Part shown: in pieces, positions 61,332 through 64,000 of the stretch
Layout of the letters: each line of letters starts with the position of its first letter
Numbering within the stretch: position 1 is the stretch's first letter
From: Ascidiella aspersa
Taxonomy: Eukaryota
Length of the DNA: 64,000 nucleotides
Direction: 5' to 3'
Assembly: GCA_963924565.1 (NCBI GenBank)
Contig: OZ004610.1
Span: 806,001-870,000 of the forward strand
Notes under the pieces: model-generated
What the model saw: only the letters and a program-made list of their open reading frames with translations
Told to the model about the DNA's origin: nothing
The model's database searches: none
Translations under genes and position numbers: made by a program

Positions 61332-63172
61332 CAGGCTATCTGTAACCTAACACGTGGACATATCTAGATTTGGAAAAAAACACTAAACAGTCTGCAAATG
61401 CTTTAAAACAGCAATGTTGCCGCAAAGTATTTGAATCTTTAAAAAACCCCATATGTTTTTTTCCAACATTCTATGAATTTATTTCATGTGCTGGTTGAGT
61501 TATATGTTTAGAAAGTGCAATAGTATAATTATACTTTCAAACCTTTTGTTAAGGTGTTGACCATGGCATTTATAGTTCTTAATTTAAAAACTATCAATTA
61601 TATTTTTATATTTAAAAACTTGGACTGATTAAATATTTTCGGTCTTTGAAAAGCTATAAATTGTCTTTAAAAATCTGTAAAACCCTGTGATGGTTGTATC
61701 AGCAACAAAACGTTTACCATTTTTATATTTCTCCCTTTTAATGTTTTAAAACTGGTAGTCTAATACAAAAAAGCTTCAATCCGTTATTCCAATTAGAAAT
61801 CACCAATCAATTTTCTGGTAGGTGAAACTTGATAAATTTACGCTAAAATTGTGTTTGTAATTTTCCATTGAACACCCAATAAGATATTAAGCGCATTACA
61901 CTGCTTTAAACTTGTACTTTGACCTGCATAGCGGAGGAAAATGGATTAGCGTATTACACAGTGTGCATGTGTACGAACGTGCAACTTAACAGCGATTTAT
62001 GTCGCACGGTCACGATTTAATCAAATGCGATTAGAATTAAATCGCTTAAATATACACATCATGTAAATGTGACAGGTAAAACGATTAAATCCTGTCTGTT
62101 GAAGTTGTAATCATTTAAGACGTATATCGTGATCCTTGGTTGTTTCAGGTCTAAACAGGCCTACTCCAAGTTCTTCGTATTAAAATACAAAGTCCAAGCA
62201 GTAATATCTCTCCCATCCTAGATGGTTTTAGGCTCGTCAGTTTTCCATTATATAATTACAAAACTAAACATTAATAGCGAAATTATATCAAGCTTTTTAA
62301 TGTGAAATCAACTTAAATAAATCGTACTTTTAGTAAAACAGGAGTGTCAGTCGTCTCGTTTGCCAATTTGGAAATTCAGTTTAGTTAAAATGGTCTGACG
62401 GTTTTCTAAATAGCACCATGCGATTTTTTACTGTTTATTTAAAGAAACGATTAGTTTCTTAATAATTACGGTTTCTGCAACATTTCGAAAATACTGAATT
62501 CTTTTTTATGATTTGTTAGTCTTTAATTTATATTCCTAGGTAACGGTTGAAAAGTTTTCGCGGTATATTCTTCATAGCTAGAAAATCGATGGGCGCGTCC
62601 AAAAGTTGTAATTTATGACCAAGTTTTAGGAAAAGCAGCAGAGATAGTTTACGCTCAATATCGCTTCTGTTTACGCGCTTTCAAATTAGAATCTCACTTT
62701 TCCATGTTTTGTCGCCACGAGCAACAAACACAGAGTGATCAATCAGCAAAATGTAAGTTTTCGCGTTGCATTCAGCAGTAAGATGTTTCGGCCTGTAACC
62801 ATTTTATCTTTTAATCGTGTTTTTTGTTGCAAGTTTGCAATTTTTAAAACTATTTAGTAAAACTGGTTTTCAATTAGCAAATTGCACAGCTTTGCATTTG
62901 GCCAGATTTTCACGTTTTTTGCAAGTTTTCGCAATTGTCTTAAATAGATAGTGGAAATTTGTTGTTTTTTTCACAAATGCACTTATAATAACTTAAAACT
63001 CGCCAAAAGCTCACTAAAACAGGGCAAAATATTAGGCCCGTTTTCAAAGTGGCCAGAAAAAGTGTCCGAACCGAAGCGTTATTTTGTTTGCGATAATTGC
63101 TTTACTCTTTTGACCTCGCTCGTCGCTTTTGTTTGTGTCTACGAAAATCTCGACGTGGAAATCCTTTAACGA

Positions 63173-63215
63173 GTGACCTCAAGTAACCCCGTGACCTCGA
63201 GTAACCCCGCGACCC
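63173..63215 (+). repeat. 18-bp tandem repeat GTGACCTC(A/G)AGTAACCCC x2.4
   Basis: Directly visible units at 63173-63190 and 63191-63208, partial unit at 63209-63215. Confidence 0.85.
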
Positions 63216-64000
63216 GGTCAACGTAAAGTGGCATCTTTGCGAGCGAGGGGACGGTCCCTATTGTGCGGGTTTGTGTTATCTCACAGCGATCTTTTGTTTA
63301 CGTTTTCTCTTCGCTTCGAAAGATTGTTCGTCGCTGTTCTGAGTGCTTCTGGTTGCACGAAATACTGGGGAGGTAAATATCTGCAAGTTTCAATTTCGAA
63401 AGTAACCAAGCCTAAAAGGATTTTGATTCAATGCATTTTTGCCCCATTCGTATTAGTAGTTTGCAAGGTTCAATTTCGAAAGTCTTTCTGTCCGCTTATT
63501 TTAAGTTTAGCCTAATTCTTATTCAGCGATTTTAGTAATTTCCAAGACAATACCTTTTTTAAATTTTTTTTTTATTTATTTTTTTTTTTTTCTTATTAGG
63601 AGATAGTTTCTGATTAAACTTTATATTGAAAATATGTTTACCCGTTATATTTTAGTAGTAGAATTATAGTGTCTACTCTAGAGCGACCCTAAACTTTGCA
63701 GAGGTTTAAGCGTGTAAATCCTTTATAAACGCATTTTCTTCTAATTTGCAACTTTACATTTTTTCGTCATTTTTTCCCAATCATGTCAGAATTTGGCATG
63801 TGGCAGTATATTTTTTGCTTTTCTCAAGAAAACTTGATCTATTTGAAATTGAGAAGATGTGAAAATGTTCCTTGACTTTCCGTCCCGTCTGTTCCACCGC
63901 TATTACTGTCAACTTCAACTGACAGACCTGGATAGCTTCTATTTCGGTCGTGTAATGCAAGTTTGTGTTCTAACTTGTGGTTAGCTTGTTGTTTCAGATA

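Larger units (their letters stand above)
32720..64000 (+). other. Eph: Eph receptor gene 2, 5' part (7 coding exons seen; continues beyond the window)
   Basis: Exons homologous to gene 1 exons 1-7 join in frame (805 nt). I found no EGF, FN3 or kinase exons before the window end. Confidence 0.93.

Noticed and set aside
140-63515. Most ORF-track entries of 60-150 aa
   Set aside because: Intronic or antisense, mostly non-ATG starts, low complexity and no recognisable domains. Only those overlapping Eph exons are real, and only in part.
63970-64000. Branch-like CTAAC and GTTTCAG| acceptor at the window end as the start of gene 2 exon 8
   Set aside because: Only 3 nt follow, and they do not show the expected x-Cys start; cannot be supported.
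1-64000. Prokaryotic systems (CRISPR arrays, operons), tRNA/rRNA genes, autonomous transposase or RT ORFs
   Set aside because: The sequence is intron-containing eukaryotic DNA. I saw no repeat-spacer array, cloverleaf, rRNA-like stretch or long ORF.

Overview
AT-rich eukaryotic genomic DNA with spliceosomal GT-AG introns. It is probably an invertebrate chordate such as an ascidian tunicate; this is an inference from the tandem Eph paralogues, intron sizes and composition. The window holds two head-to-tail Eph receptor tyrosine kinase genes on the + strand. Gene 1 is complete: I reconstructed 20 coding exons by hand (1790-28125, 3033 nt, 1010 aa) with all splice phases consistent. It encodes a signal peptide, ephrin ligand-binding domain (LBD), sushi and EGF-like region, two FN3 domains, a long stalk, TM, juxtamembrane YxDPxTYEDP, an intact kinase, a divergent SAM and a C-terminal V-A-V. 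Gene 2 starts at 32720; its first 7 coding exons (signal peptide, LBD, sushi) are present and it continues past the window end. Most ORF-track entries are intronic noise. The most notable non-coding item is a minimal type I hammerhead ribozyme motif (Penelope-like-element style), antisense in gene 1 intron 15. It sits in a 248-bp insertion with a 13-bp target-site duplication and a 17-bp inverted repeat. Also present are a clean hAT MITE with an 8-bp TSD, a dispersed foldback MITE family, two local duplications that copied 5' splice sites, an intron whose phase and position differ between the paralogues, and arrays of nuclear-receptor direct repeats.
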